Below, one piece after another: positions 9,185 through 17,938 of a stretch of 64,000 nucleotides of DNA. The notes below the pieces were generated by a model. That model was not told the origin of the DNA and made no database searches. It was given only the letters and a program-made list of their open reading frames with translations. The first letter of the stretch is position 1. The number at the start of each line of letters is the position of its first letter. The stretch covers positions 294,457 to 358,456 of the forward strand of contig CANKJK010000001.1 in assembly GCA_947482665.1 (NCBI GenBank), read 5' to 3'. The translations under genes were made by a program, and so were the position numbers. The DNA is from Acidobacteriota bacterium (GTDB taxonomy: Bacteria; Acidobacteriota; Vicinamibacteria; Vicinamibacterales; UBA2999).

Positions 9185-10531
9185 TCAGGACTCGCGTGCC
9201 GGTTTCGCGGCGGAGGGGCCGGAGGCGGCAGGCGGGTGCACGTTCTGGCCGGTCCGTCTGCGGACCGCGTCAACCAGCGCGGCTACCTCATCGTCATCCG
9301 GCGCGGTCCGTTCGGCGCGGGCGGCCCACGTATCAGCCGTCTGCAGATCGCCGAGCTTCAGCGCGGCCGCGAGGATGCGCCGGGTGTGGGCGACGGCCCA
9401 CGCGCTGCCAGGGTCAAGCGCCTCGTGGCGGATGAGCGCGACCATGGCGTGATGCTCGTCACCCGCGTCCGAGGCGGCGCGAGCAAGGAGGCGCAGCGCG
9501 GCGGGGTCCACTGGCAGTTCGGCGGTCGCACGCTCAAGCCACGTGACCGCGCCCCTGGCATCACCCGCCAGAAGTCTCGCGCGGCCCATGGCGGCCAGGA
9601 CGGCTGACGCAGGATGGTCGCGGGCCGCCAGGGGAGCCAGCGTGGCTTCGGCGTCCGCTCGGAGCTGCCGATCCTGTTCTGCCTCGGCACGGTCGAGTAG
9701 GACCTGACCGTGCGCGGCCGTCAGGAGCACCTCTCCGGGGAACTGCTCCTCCGCGCGTTCCAACCGCCTCATGGCCGAGTCGTACTTGCCGGCGGCGGAA
9801 TAGGCGACGACCACCGCAGCGGCGCGCCCGGGGTTGCCCGGCTCCAGCGCGGCGATGGCATCCAGTGCTTCGGCGCCCTCTTTGACCCGCCCGATTGCGA
9901 GCAGGACGGCGGCAAGTTGTTCACGGGCGGGAATCAGAGCCGGCTTGAGCGCGATGGCCTGCTCGAGTGCCCGGGCCGCCTGCGCCGGGTCGGTGGGGCG
10001 GAGGGCGACGCCCTCCAGGTAGTGCGCTTCCGCCAGGCGGGCGTCGAGAGTCAGGGCTTTGCGGGCCGAGGCCAGCGCGTGGGCGGTCTGGCCGTCGGTC
10101 AGTTCGGCGCCAGACAGTTTGATGAGGACCAGTGGGGCCCGTTCATCAAGGGCCAGACAAGCGCGGTACGCGTCGACCGCCCGTGAGGGCTGGCCCAGGT
10201 CCAGGTGCACATCGCCAAGCAATTCCTGCACCCTGGGAGCGGACGGGTCCAGCGCCGCAGCGGCCGTCAGGTCGGCGAGCGCGGCCTGCAGTTCGCCTCG
10301 GCGGTGGTACGTGTCTCCGCGCTTGAGGCGCGCGACGGTCGAGTCCGGCTGGATGGCGAGGGCGCCGCTAAAGGCCGCCGCGGCGGCGGAGGTATCACCC
10401 GAGGCGAGGGCGGCCTCGCCCTGTCGGAGCAGCGCCCTGAACGCGCGGTCCTGTCCGATCGTGTTCCACACGAGGATGAGGCCAGCCACGACGGCGGCCA
10501 CGACGGCGGTGACGGCGGTGCTCCGGCGCAT
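9185..10531 (-). CDS. Membrane-anchored tetratricopeptide repeat protein
   Basis: N-terminal TM helix followed by many TPR-like units (ALAIQPD, AAALDPS, ALTLDAR, AIALKPA). Confidence 0.8.
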   Translation of the reverse strand: MRRSTAVTAVVAAVVAGLILVWNTIGQDRAFRALLRQGEAALASGDTSAAAAAFSGALAIQPDSTVARLKRGDTYHRRGELQAALADLTAAAALDPSAPRVQELLGDVHLDLGQPSRAVDAYRACLALDERAPLVLIKLSGAELTDGQTAHALASARKALTLDARLAEAHYLEGVALRPTDPAQAARALEQAIALKPALIPAREQLAAVLLAIGRVKEGAEALDAIAALEPGNPGRAAAVVVAYSAAGKYDSAMRRLERAEEQFPGEVLLTAAHGQVLLDRAEAEQDRQLRADAEATLAPLAARDHPASAVLAAMGRARLLAGDARGAVTWLERATAELPVDPAALRLLARAASDAGDEHHAMVALIRHEALDPGSAWAVAHTRRILAAALKLGDLQTADTWAARAERTAPDDDEVAALVDAVRRRTGQNVHPPAASGPSAAKPARES

Positions 10532-10573
10532 CCTGTCCGAATGCTACCGCAGGGCCGTGGACACGGAGCCTGG

Positions 10574-10601
10574 GGAACTCCAACGGTACGCCGGTGTCCA
10601 A
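10574..10601 (+). promoter_or_regulatory. Putative ECF (sigmaE-like) autoregulatory promoter
   Basis: GGAACT (10574-79), 16-nt spacer, GTCCAA (10596-601), directly upstream of the ECF sigma gene; resembles the RpoE-type consensus. Confidence 0.7.
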
Positions 10602-10665
10602 CCCGAATACGCGGCAGGAGTACACTCGCAGCACCGGCACGGGTATGGCCTCCGGAGGAGCAGGC

Positions 10666-11265
10666 GTGAACGAGTTGGATTCAGCAACATGGGACACGGC
10701 GGCGCCAGCCGAGGCCGCGCTGATTGCCCGGTGCACCAGCGGGGACGAGGCCGCGTGCGCGGAGTTGGTGAGCGCGCATCAGCGGATGGTGTTCGGCTTG
10801 GCGTTTCACCTGCTCGGCAACCAGGAAGAGGCACAGGACCTCTCCCAGGAGGTGTTCCTCCGGGTCTTCCGTACCTTGGGATCGTTTCGGGGTGAGTCCG
10901 CCCTCCGCACCTGGATCTACCGGATCGTCGTGAATCAGGCACGGAATCGCCATCGAGGATGGCTCCGGCGGCGGCGCGCGGATCAGGTGTCGCTGGATCA
11001 GCATGTGGCCGAGTCGGGCGACCTTCCGTGCCATGGCCGGCTCCCCGACGGCGTGCTCGCGTCCAAGGAAACTGCTGCACGGCTCTGGGCGGCGCTGAAT
11101 CGGCTGCCGTTTGATCAACGCACGGCGATGATTCTGCGCGAGGTGGATGGCCTGCGCTATGACGAGATCGCCTTCTCGCTGGGGATTGCCGTTGGCACCG
11201 TGAAGTCGAGGCTGACGCGCGCGCGGCAGGCGTTGCGGGCCGAACTGCTGGGGCTACGGCCATGA
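10666..11265 (+). CDS. ECF sigma-70 factor
   Basis: AQDLSQEVFLRV, FRGESALRTWIYRIVVN, YDEIA..LG...GTVKSRL. GGAGGAG RBS before GTG 10666. Confidence 0.93.
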   Translation: MNELDSATWDTAAPAEAALIARCTSGDEAACAELVSAHQRMVFGLAFHLLGNQEEAQDLSQEVFLRVFRTLGSFRGESALRTWIYRIVVNQARNRHRGWLRRRRADQVSLDQHVAESGDLPCHGRLPDGVLASKETAARLWAALNRLPFDQRTAMILREVDGLRYDEIAFSLGIAVGTVKSRLTRARQALRAELLGLRP

Positions 11266-12092
11266 CGCCGATGGTTGGATGCGAGGTCGCGCGGCCCCTG
11301 CTCGGTGAATACGCAGATGGCGAGTTGGCCGTGGAGACCGAAGTGTTGGTGCAGGGGCACCTGCGAGTCTGCCAGGCCTGCGCAGCCTACGTCGAGGATC
11401 TTCAATCGATGGGGGGCCGTCTGCGCGAGTATGGGATGTTCGTGCCCGACGTGAATCTGGACGCCGTCGTCTCGCAGGTGTCGTCTCGGGTGCACGCGGA
11501 GCAGGAGTGGTCATGGGCGGTGCGGCTCCGCCAGGCCTTCGATGACTACCGGGTCACCTACGCGGTGGTCGGTGCCACCTGTGGCGTGGTGCTCTGTGCC
11601 CTGCTGACGGCCGCGCTGGTGGTGGGCCTGGAGGTGCAGACCGCGCACTCGCTGGCCGGCGTCATGCGGGCGCTCGGCAGCCCGGGTTCGGACCTGAACC
11701 CGCTCCTGCTGGATGCCCGGATGCTGCCGCCGCGGTTGGCGATTCCGACCTACGCGGACGATGCCCCGGAACTGGTCGACCTGCCCGAGGATGACGCGGT
11801 CTATGCGATTGCGGGCACGGTCACGCGACAGGGCAAGCTGACGGACTACGCCGTGCTGGGCGATACCAGACGGCCCGATCAGCGGCATGGTTATGCGGTA
11901 CAGGGGCCGAGCGAGCAGTCCGAAGAGTCGGTGGCGCGGGCGATGTCGCGTCTCCGTTTCGCCCCGGCTCAAGCTTTCGGAGAAACCGTGGCGGTCAACG
12001 TGGTCTGGGTGGTCGCGCGCACAACCGTCCGCGGCACGGTGATGCCGGAATTGCCAGGGACAGGTCCCCAGGGCCTGCGGAGGCCCTCCTAG
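11262..12092 (+). CDS. Zinc-binding (ZAS/zf-HC2) anti-sigma factor with TM helix and TonB-C-like C-terminal domain
   Basis: C...HLRVCQAC (HxxxCxxC), one TM segment, C-terminal GTVTRQGKL...RLRFAPAQAFGETVAV. Coupled to the sigma gene by an ATGA overlap. Confidence 0.8.
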   Translation: MTPMVGCEVARPLLGEYADGELAVETEVLVQGHLRVCQACAAYVEDLQSMGGRLREYGMFVPDVNLDAVVSQVSSRVHAEQEWSWAVRLRQAFDDYRVTYAVVGATCGVVLCALLTAALVVGLEVQTAHSLAGVMRALGSPGSDLNPLLLDARMLPPRLAIPTYADDAPELVDLPEDDAVYAIAGTVTRQGKLTDYAVLGDTRRPDQRHGYAVQGPSEQSEESVARAMSRLRFAPAQAFGETVAVNVVWVVARTTVRGTVMPELPGTGPQGLRRPS

Positions 12093-12127
12093 TTCTCGGG
12101 TTCGGCGTCGTGCGGTGGCCGCACGAC

Positions 12128-14356
12128 TCAGCGGGGCGGCGTCGCCGGCGTCACGACGGCGGAGCCTGCGCTACCGGTGTTGTTCAGGGCGTCGGCGGCC
12201 CGGATCACCAACGACCGGCCCAGCAACTGGTCACGCTCCAGCGAGAACTCAAATCGCTCGTTTCGTGAATCGGCGAGGCCATCGGCCGGATAGAGCGGTA
12301 GCCATCGCTGGCCGTCGAGGGTGTACTCCGCGCTTCTGATGGCTGACTGCGCATCCCGTACTTCTACGGTGACCCTGAACCGCGTGCCATCCTGGCGGAT
12401 GTCGGGAACGCCGACGACGGGAGGCGTGTTGTCGACGTCGATCAAGGCGCTGTCGAGCACGCCGGAGAGCGCCGTGGCGGCCGGGTTGGACGGTGCATCC
12501 GATGCGACGATGCGGATGACATACGCGCCATCGGGCACCGACGCGGTGTCCCACACGGTGAGCGCCTCGGTCAGATGCTGGCGAAGGGGCTTCCAGGCGG
12601 TGTCGAACTCGCCCCGGTAGAGCACGTCGAATTCCAGATCGTCGCCGTTGTCGTCCTCCGCACGCCACTGCAGCGTGAGCAAGCCGCGCTCGTACACCTT
12701 CTTGCCGAGTTGTACGCTCTCCCGGGAGCCCGCTGTCAGAACCTTTCGCGCCGGCGGCTCCAGGTCGTAGCCGGCCAGGTCGGGGTCGCCAGAGGGATAC
12801 GGGCGCTGGAACACCGTGCCCGGTGTGTGCACGGTGATGCTCGCGACCTTCGGCCGGGCGTTGCGCGGGAGATAGCTGGCCGCAACCGAGGACAGCACGG
12901 GCCCGTCGCCCTGGCCTGTGAGCGTGGCGCGCCATTGCAGGTATCTGGCCTTCGGGCTTGTGACGGCGCTGCCCATCGGGGTGGTGTAGGCCGGTGACCA
13001 GTCACTCCAGGTGTCATCGGGGGCTTTGGTATTGCCGGTGCGCGTCGCGACGGCGACACCCGTGCCCGGGGGCACCGCGGCACGCCAGCGGATCACGCCC
13101 CATGTCGAGACCGATTGCGCGTCATGGACATCCGACTCGTAGGTGCCACTGCGGGCCGGTGTCGCGTCGAGGCGGTAGAGGCGGCCCGGGTTCGACGATG
13201 CGTAGACGACCGAGCCGGCTCGCGTCCGAAGGAGGGACGTGAGGTGCTGGGCCTTCTGACGGGTCACGAGCGTCGCTTCGGCGGGGTTGCCCGTCAGGCG
13301 ATAGAGACGGCCGCGACTTCCCGTGGCGACAAGCAGCGACCCGTCCTGATCGACGGCGACATCGTAGGGCACGTCGTTGCGGGTCTCCCAGACGACGTCC
13401 CAGAGTCCGTCTGGCTGGATGCGGTATATCGCGCCGCTACCTTCGCCGGAGGCGGCGGGCGCGGCCGAGCTGCTCCCGGCGTCGGAGGCCACGGCAACGG
13501 CAGTGACTTCCACCGTGACGGTCGCCGTGCCTCCAGCGGTCGGCGCACTCGTCGTCGATGTGCCGGACGGTATCTTGGGCGTGGCGGCGACCGGGCTGGC
13601 CTTGGCGCTTGAGGCGACGGCATACAACACCCCGTCCGGTCCCGGGCGCAGCGCATGGATATCGGTGTGTGGCGAATCGATCAAGACGAATGGTTTCCCG
13701 GTGGTGTCGAGCTGAATGACCCGGCCTGGCGACTCGGTGCCGATGACGAGGCGGGCCGCGCTGTCGAAGGCGAGCGACATGACGTGCGTGGCCTTCGCCG
13801 TGTAGAAGGTGGACGAGGACCCTGAGGACGTCACCTTGTAGACGTGCCCGGTCTCGCCGCCCGCGGCGACAAAGAGGGTGCCGTCTGCCTTGACTGCCAG
13901 GCTCCAGATGTAGCGGTCCGGCGGATCGAACACCCGCGTGGACTTTCCGGCCGTGTCCACCTTGTAGACCGCGCCATCGGGCGATGTGCCCACGTAGAGC
14001 GCACCACCCGGAGCGGCGGCCAGCGCATGCACTTCCAGTTGCTCGGCATCGAAGAGGATGCTGGCGCGTCCGGCGGCGTCCACCTTCAGCACGTGGCCGT
14101 CGTTGCCGGTGCCCGCGAAGATCGCGCCATCGGTGGCCTCGACGAGCGACCACACGAAGGGAGCTGACGGGTCATGCAGCACGGTAGAGCCCGGCGCCAG
14201 CAGGAGCCGCCCGTGTGCGTCGACCGCCAGATTCTCGAGATCACCCTTGAGGAACTCCGCCGCGCCGGAGGCCTGCCACACGGCGGGGGTGGCGGCCTGG
14301 ACGCCGGCCGTGGCCAGCGCGGCGAGCATGAGTGCGGAGAGAAGGCGGATACGCAT
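12128..14356 (-). CDS. Exported beta-propeller repeat protein with C-terminal Ig/FN3-like domains
   Basis: Signal peptide (VQA-A); repeated blades (GAIFAGTGNDGHVLKV, GALYVGTSPDGAVYKV, GSLLVATGSRGRLYRL); S/T/A-rich linker; DNTPP Ig-type motif. Confidence 0.7.
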   Translation of the reverse strand: MRIRLLSALMLAALATAGVQAATPAVWQASGAAEFLKGDLENLAVDAHGRLLLAPGSTVLHDPSAPFVWSLVEATDGAIFAGTGNDGHVLKVDAAGRASILFDAEQLEVHALAAAPGGALYVGTSPDGAVYKVDTAGKSTRVFDPPDRYIWSLAVKADGTLFVAAGGETGHVYKVTSSGSSSTFYTAKATHVMSLAFDSAARLVIGTESPGRVIQLDTTGKPFVLIDSPHTDIHALRPGPDGVLYAVASSAKASPVAATPKIPSGTSTTSAPTAGGTATVTVEVTAVAVASDAGSSSAAPAASGEGSGAIYRIQPDGLWDVVWETRNDVPYDVAVDQDGSLLVATGSRGRLYRLTGNPAEATLVTRQKAQHLTSLLRTRAGSVVYASSNPGRLYRLDATPARSGTYESDVHDAQSVSTWGVIRWRAAVPPGTGVAVATRTGNTKAPDDTWSDWSPAYTTPMGSAVTSPKARYLQWRATLTGQGDGPVLSSVAASYLPRNARPKVASITVHTPGTVFQRPYPSGDPDLAGYDLEPPARKVLTAGSRESVQLGKKVYERGLLTLQWRAEDDNGDDLEFDVLYRGEFDTAWKPLRQHLTEALTVWDTASVPDGAYVIRIVASDAPSNPAATALSGVLDSALIDVDNTPPVVGVPDIRQDGTRFRVTVEVRDAQSAIRSAEYTLDGQRWLPLYPADGLADSRNERFEFSLERDQLLGRSLVIRAADALNNTGSAGSAVVTPATPPR

Positions 14357-14373
14357 GCGTGACACCGGAAGCG

Positions 14374-16209
14374 TTAATCGACAGGAATCGTGAGCGTGCG
14401 GGACCCGGAGACGACGTAGTCGAAGGGAACATCCCAGTCGCCACTGAGCGTGCCGCCCACCCCCCGGAAGCTGCCCCCCTGACGGTCGCCCTCCATGACG
14501 GCGATGACCGATGCGGGAAGGGAGGAGAGCGATTCCCCGCGGACCACGGCACCCTGGTCGGGTTGCACGAAGCGGACGTAGAAGCGGTTGGCGTGCCGGA
14601 TCTCCGCGAGTGCCGCGAGCATCTGCGGCAGACTGCGCGTCTGGGCCGGAGAGGTGTCGCGTGGGTCGGCCTGCACCGTGCGCAGGGCGTCGGCCACGAG
14701 GATGGACACCGAGCCCTTCGCCTGAAGAGGAATCCGGATAGGGACAGTCCGGCTGATCGACTGGCCACGATAAGTACGAACGAGGAGCGTCACCGGCACC
14801 GTCTCGCCTGGCTTCACGCTCGGCCGGTCGATGCTGACCCGGTCGAGGATGGCCGTCCGGAGTTCCTCGGAGGCGGTGATGTTCAGTGTGACCGCGTCAA
14901 TCGCGATGGGCTCGTGCACGTTGCGGAGGAGCGTGGTGAGCGGGCCCATGATCGCGTTGCCCGCGCCCATCGGAGCCTGGTCCCCTGTGAACACATCGTC
15001 GATGACGACCTCGCCCCGGCCCTTGAGTACCGCGCGTCCATTGACCGTGTAGGTAGAGGCCCCCATCTGCCGCTGGTACGAGGTCAGCGTTTCGACGATC
15101 GTGAGATAGGTCATCAGCGGCGTGAAGAGCTGGTCGTGGGCTACCTGCATGCGGAAGCTGCGGGTGGCGCCGGCGGCGGTGAGGTTGATCGCCACCGGGA
15201 TCAGCGCCGGGCCAGGACCGAGGCGGCCGGCGACGGCCGTGGCGCGGTCCTGGGAGATGGTACCGATGACGGCGCCGGTGCTGGCGATCTTGATCGAGTT
15301 CTGCAGGCTCGGGAGCAGCGCGTGGACGTACGCGCGGGTCATGGGAAACGCCGTGGGGCCCAGGTTGTAGAAGGGATGCCCGAACGCATACACGGTGGAG
15401 CCGTCGACCTCGGTGACGGTTCCCGTGGCACCGACCTCGAGGTCGCCGCTCACCATCGTGATGCCGAGCGGGTCGCCAGGCCGAAGTGCCGGGGCGGGTG
15501 TGGACGTGGATGGCGTCTGAGCCGCGCCCGTGCCGGTCATCGCGGGCAGGAATCCGGCGGCATGAAAGAGCGACTCGAGCGGCGCCACGGTGGAAGCCGA
15601 GAATCCGCCGAGGCCGAGTGGCGTGGCGATGGGCCGCAGCATCGCCCCGAGAGCGGCCAGTGAGCCGGGGGTGCCGGCCGCCGGTTCGGCGTCAAACGGG
15701 GAGTGTGCGAACGGTGTGAGGGAGGCGAAGGCCTCGCGCACATCGGTGAGCGGGTCGTCGATGCCCGCGCCGCGGGGCACCCGGGCCGCAGCGAGCCGTC
15801 GGCGGGGCGTGTCGAGCGCGGCGTCCGCGATCATTTCCTCGATGGGAGTAATGCCGGCAATCGGCTCCTTCGCGAACGAACCGAGGGAATACGCCACGGC
15901 GCCCACGAGACGTCCGTCGATGTAGACGGGGCTGCCACTCATGCCTGCGATGACGCCCGTGTTGGCCAGCGGCCCACCCTCAAGGCGCGCCAGAATCAAC
16001 GTCCGCTGCGGGCCCATCACATTCCGGAGCACGCCAAGAATGTGGACCGTGAAGGATTCGAGCCGGGTGCCGGCAAAGACGGTCCGGCCCTCTGCCGTCA
16101 TGCCAGCCTTGACCTCGTCGACCGGGAACAGGCGCGAGGCGGCGGGCAGCGAGGCGCCGCAGCAGAGAGCAAGAGCGCAGAACAGGGCCAGGCCCCGGAG
16201 GTGCCGCAT
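14374..16209 (-). CDS. SpoIVB-like peptidase (family S55), exported
   Basis: GVIAGMSGSPVYIDGRLVGAV serine motif, GTVT...AFGHPF histidine motif, N-terminal signal peptide. Confidence 0.85.
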   Translation of the reverse strand: MRHLRGLALFCALALCCGASLPAASRLFPVDEVKAGMTAEGRTVFAGTRLESFTVHILGVLRNVMGPQRTLILARLEGGPLANTGVIAGMSGSPVYIDGRLVGAVAYSLGSFAKEPIAGITPIEEMIADAALDTPRRRLAAARVPRGAGIDDPLTDVREAFASLTPFAHSPFDAEPAAGTPGSLAALGAMLRPIATPLGLGGFSASTVAPLESLFHAAGFLPAMTGTGAAQTPSTSTPAPALRPGDPLGITMVSGDLEVGATGTVTEVDGSTVYAFGHPFYNLGPTAFPMTRAYVHALLPSLQNSIKIASTGAVIGTISQDRATAVAGRLGPGPALIPVAINLTAAGATRSFRMQVAHDQLFTPLMTYLTIVETLTSYQRQMGASTYTVNGRAVLKGRGEVVIDDVFTGDQAPMGAGNAIMGPLTTLLRNVHEPIAIDAVTLNITASEELRTAILDRVSIDRPSVKPGETVPVTLLVRTYRGQSISRTVPIRIPLQAKGSVSILVADALRTVQADPRDTSPAQTRSLPQMLAALAEIRHANRFYVRFVQPDQGAVVRGESLSSLPASVIAVMEGDRQGGSFRGVGGTLSGDWDVPFDYVVSGSRTLTIPVD

Positions 16210-16256
16210 CGCGAATCCGTTATAGGAAGAATACCGGCAAACTGCAAGCCGACCGG

Positions 16257-16286
16257 TTGACGCCCCGGCGCGGCGTGGGGTAACGT
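16257..16286 (+). promoter_or_regulatory. Putative sigma70 promoter of the aro/trp operon
   Basis: TTGACG (16257-62), 18-nt spacer, TAACGT (16281-86), just upstream of the leader peptide. Confidence 0.65.
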
Positions 16287-16302
16287 CTCCCCAGTTCACG
16301 CG

Positions 16303-16377
16303 ATGTCACACACGCTCTCTTTTGCGGTGCGCCCTGCCTTCACCAGCTCCTGGTGGCGGTACTGGTGCGCGGCTTAA
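16303..16377 (+). CDS. trpL: Attenuator leader peptide MSHTLSFAVRPAFTSSWWRYWCAA (24 aa)
   Basis: Manual translation; TGG TGG CGG TAC TGG cluster, followed by antiterminator and terminator, ahead of the trp genes. Confidence 0.88.
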   Translation: MSHTLSFAVRPAFTSSWWRYWCAA

Positions 16378-16427
16378 GAGGCGGGTTCATCGTCTGATTC
16401 CAGTCGATTTCCACGACGAGTTTCGAG

Positions 16428-16467
16428 CGCCTCTTCAGCCCCAGGGTTGAAGAGGCGTTTCTGTTTT
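16428..16467 (+). terminator. Intrinsic attenuator terminator
   Basis: 13-bp stem CGCCTCTTCAGCC / GGTTGAAGAGGCG (one G-U pair), 4-nt loop, followed by TTTCTGTTTT. Competing AAGAGGCG at 16376-83. Confidence 0.88.
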
Positions 16468-16486
16468 AGGCGGGATTGAGGAGGGG

Positions 16487-17938
16487 ATGACACGCCCGTT
16501 GCTGTGTGAAACCGTGACCGGGTCGACGCTTGCTGAGCTGCGAGCGGCCCGTGACGCCTCGACCGGGGCGGACATGGTGGAGCTGCGCCTGGACGGGGTT
16601 GCGGATCTTGACGTGGCCGGTGCGTTGGCCGACCGCCGGACACCCGTGGTGGTCACATGCCGGGCCTCGTGGGAGGGTGGACGATTCGATGGGTCCGAGG
16701 AGGATCGGCGCCGGATCCTGACCGAGGCGCTCGCCCGCGGCGCGGATTATGTCGACGTGGAGTGGAAGGCCGGGTGGGACGACCTGGTTCGCCACGAAGG
16801 CGGGCGTCGGATTGTGCTTTCGCATCATGACTTCGAGGGGATGCCCTCTGATCTTGAAGCGCGGCATCGTGCGATGCGGGCGACGGGCGCGGGCATCGTG
16901 AAGCTGGCCGCCACCGTGACGCGGGTGCGCGAGACGCTGCGGTTTCTCCCGCTCACCGCCGATGGGGTGACCATCGCGATCGGGATGGGGGCGGCAGGCG
17001 TGCCGACGCGGCTCCTCGCGGCACGGTTCGGGTCGGTGTGGACTTATGCGGGCCAGGGCGTGGCGCCGGGGCAGATGCCGGCAGCCGAGATGCGCGAGCG
17101 GTTCCGATTTGGAGAGGTGACGGCGACGACCGCTGTCTTCGGTGTTGCGGGGCGCCCGATCCTGCATTCGCTGTCGCCGGCGATGCATAACGCGGCGTTC
17201 CGTGCGGCGGGCATTGATGCGGTGTATGTGCCGATTGAGGCGGCAGACGCGGAGGACTTTCTGGCCTTTGCAGAGGGCCTGCCGATGGCCGGTGCCAGCG
17301 TCACCATTCCGTTCAAGCAGGACGTGATGGCGATGGCGACCGCCGTCGATCCCGACGCCGCGCTGATCGGTGCGGTGAACACCATCCGGCGGGAGGGAGC
17401 CGGCTGGGCGGCGACCAATACCGACGTGGCAGGGTTCCTCGCGCCGCTTGAGCGACGGGCGCACCTTCAGGGGTGGGCGCTGGCCGGGGCGCGGGTGGCG
17501 GTCATGGGCGCTGGCGGCGCGGCACGGGCCGTCGTCCGTGGTGCCGGCCGTGCGGGTGCAGCGGTGACGGTACACGCCCGGCGGCCCGAACAGGCTGACG
17601 CGGTTGCTCAGGGGCTGGGCGCCGCCGTGGGGAGTTGGCCCCCGGCGCCCGGCTCGTGGGATGTCCTGGTGAACTGCACGCCGGTGGGGAATCTCCATTC
17701 GGTCGAGGAATCGCCCTTGCCGGGCGGACCCTTTGAGGGGCGGCTGGTCTACGACCTGATCTACGCGCCTCGGGAGACGCGCCTGCTGCGCGAGGCGAAG
17801 GCGGCGGGGTGTGACACCCTCGACGGGTTGCCGATGCTGGTGGCGCAGGCTGAGGAGCAGAGCCTGTGGTGGACGGGCCGTCGGGTTCCGACGGGCGTAA
17901 TGGGGCGGGCCGTGGGACTTGGCGGCGAGGACGCGTGA
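16487..17938 (+). CDS. aroDE: Bifunctional type I 3-dehydroquinate dehydratase / shikimate dehydrogenase (AroD-AroE fusion)
   Basis: VELRLD, EGGRF, SHHDF, IVKLA, APGQ (AroD); then HSLSPAMHN, SVTIPFK, GAVNT, NTDVAG, GAGGAARA, DLIY (AroE). Confidence 0.93.
   Translation: MTRPLLCETVTGSTLAELRAARDASTGADMVELRLDGVADLDVAGALADRRTPVVVTCRASWEGGRFDGSEEDRRRILTEALARGADYVDVEWKAGWDDLVRHEGGRRIVLSHHDFEGMPSDLEARHRAMRATGAGIVKLAATVTRVRETLRFLPLTADGVTIAIGMGAAGVPTRLLAARFGSVWTYAGQGVAPGQMPAAEMRERFRFGEVTATTAVFGVAGRPILHSLSPAMHNAAFRAAGIDAVYVPIEAADAEDFLAFAEGLPMAGASVTIPFKQDVMAMATAVDPDAALIGAVNTIRREGAGWAATNTDVAGFLAPLERRAHLQGWALAGARVAVMGAGGAARAVVRGAGRAGAAVTVHARRPEQADAVAQGLGAAVGSWPPAPGSWDVLVNCTPVGNLHSVEESPLPGGPFEGRLVYDLIYAPRETRLLREAKAAGCDTLDGLPMLVAQAEEQSLWWTGRRVPTGVMGRAVGLGGEDA

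Noticed and set aside
10635-10649. Possible sigma54 promoter CGGCACGGGTATGGC before the ECF gene
   Set aside because: Spacing is correct but the -12 is TGGC, and the implied start would fall after the RBS. The ECF-type promoter explains the region better, though this site is not fully excluded.
16290-16486. T-box riboswitch or TRAP-binding site before the trp genes
   Set aside because: No T-box consensus and no (G/U)AG repeat array; the leader-peptide mechanism accounts for the region.
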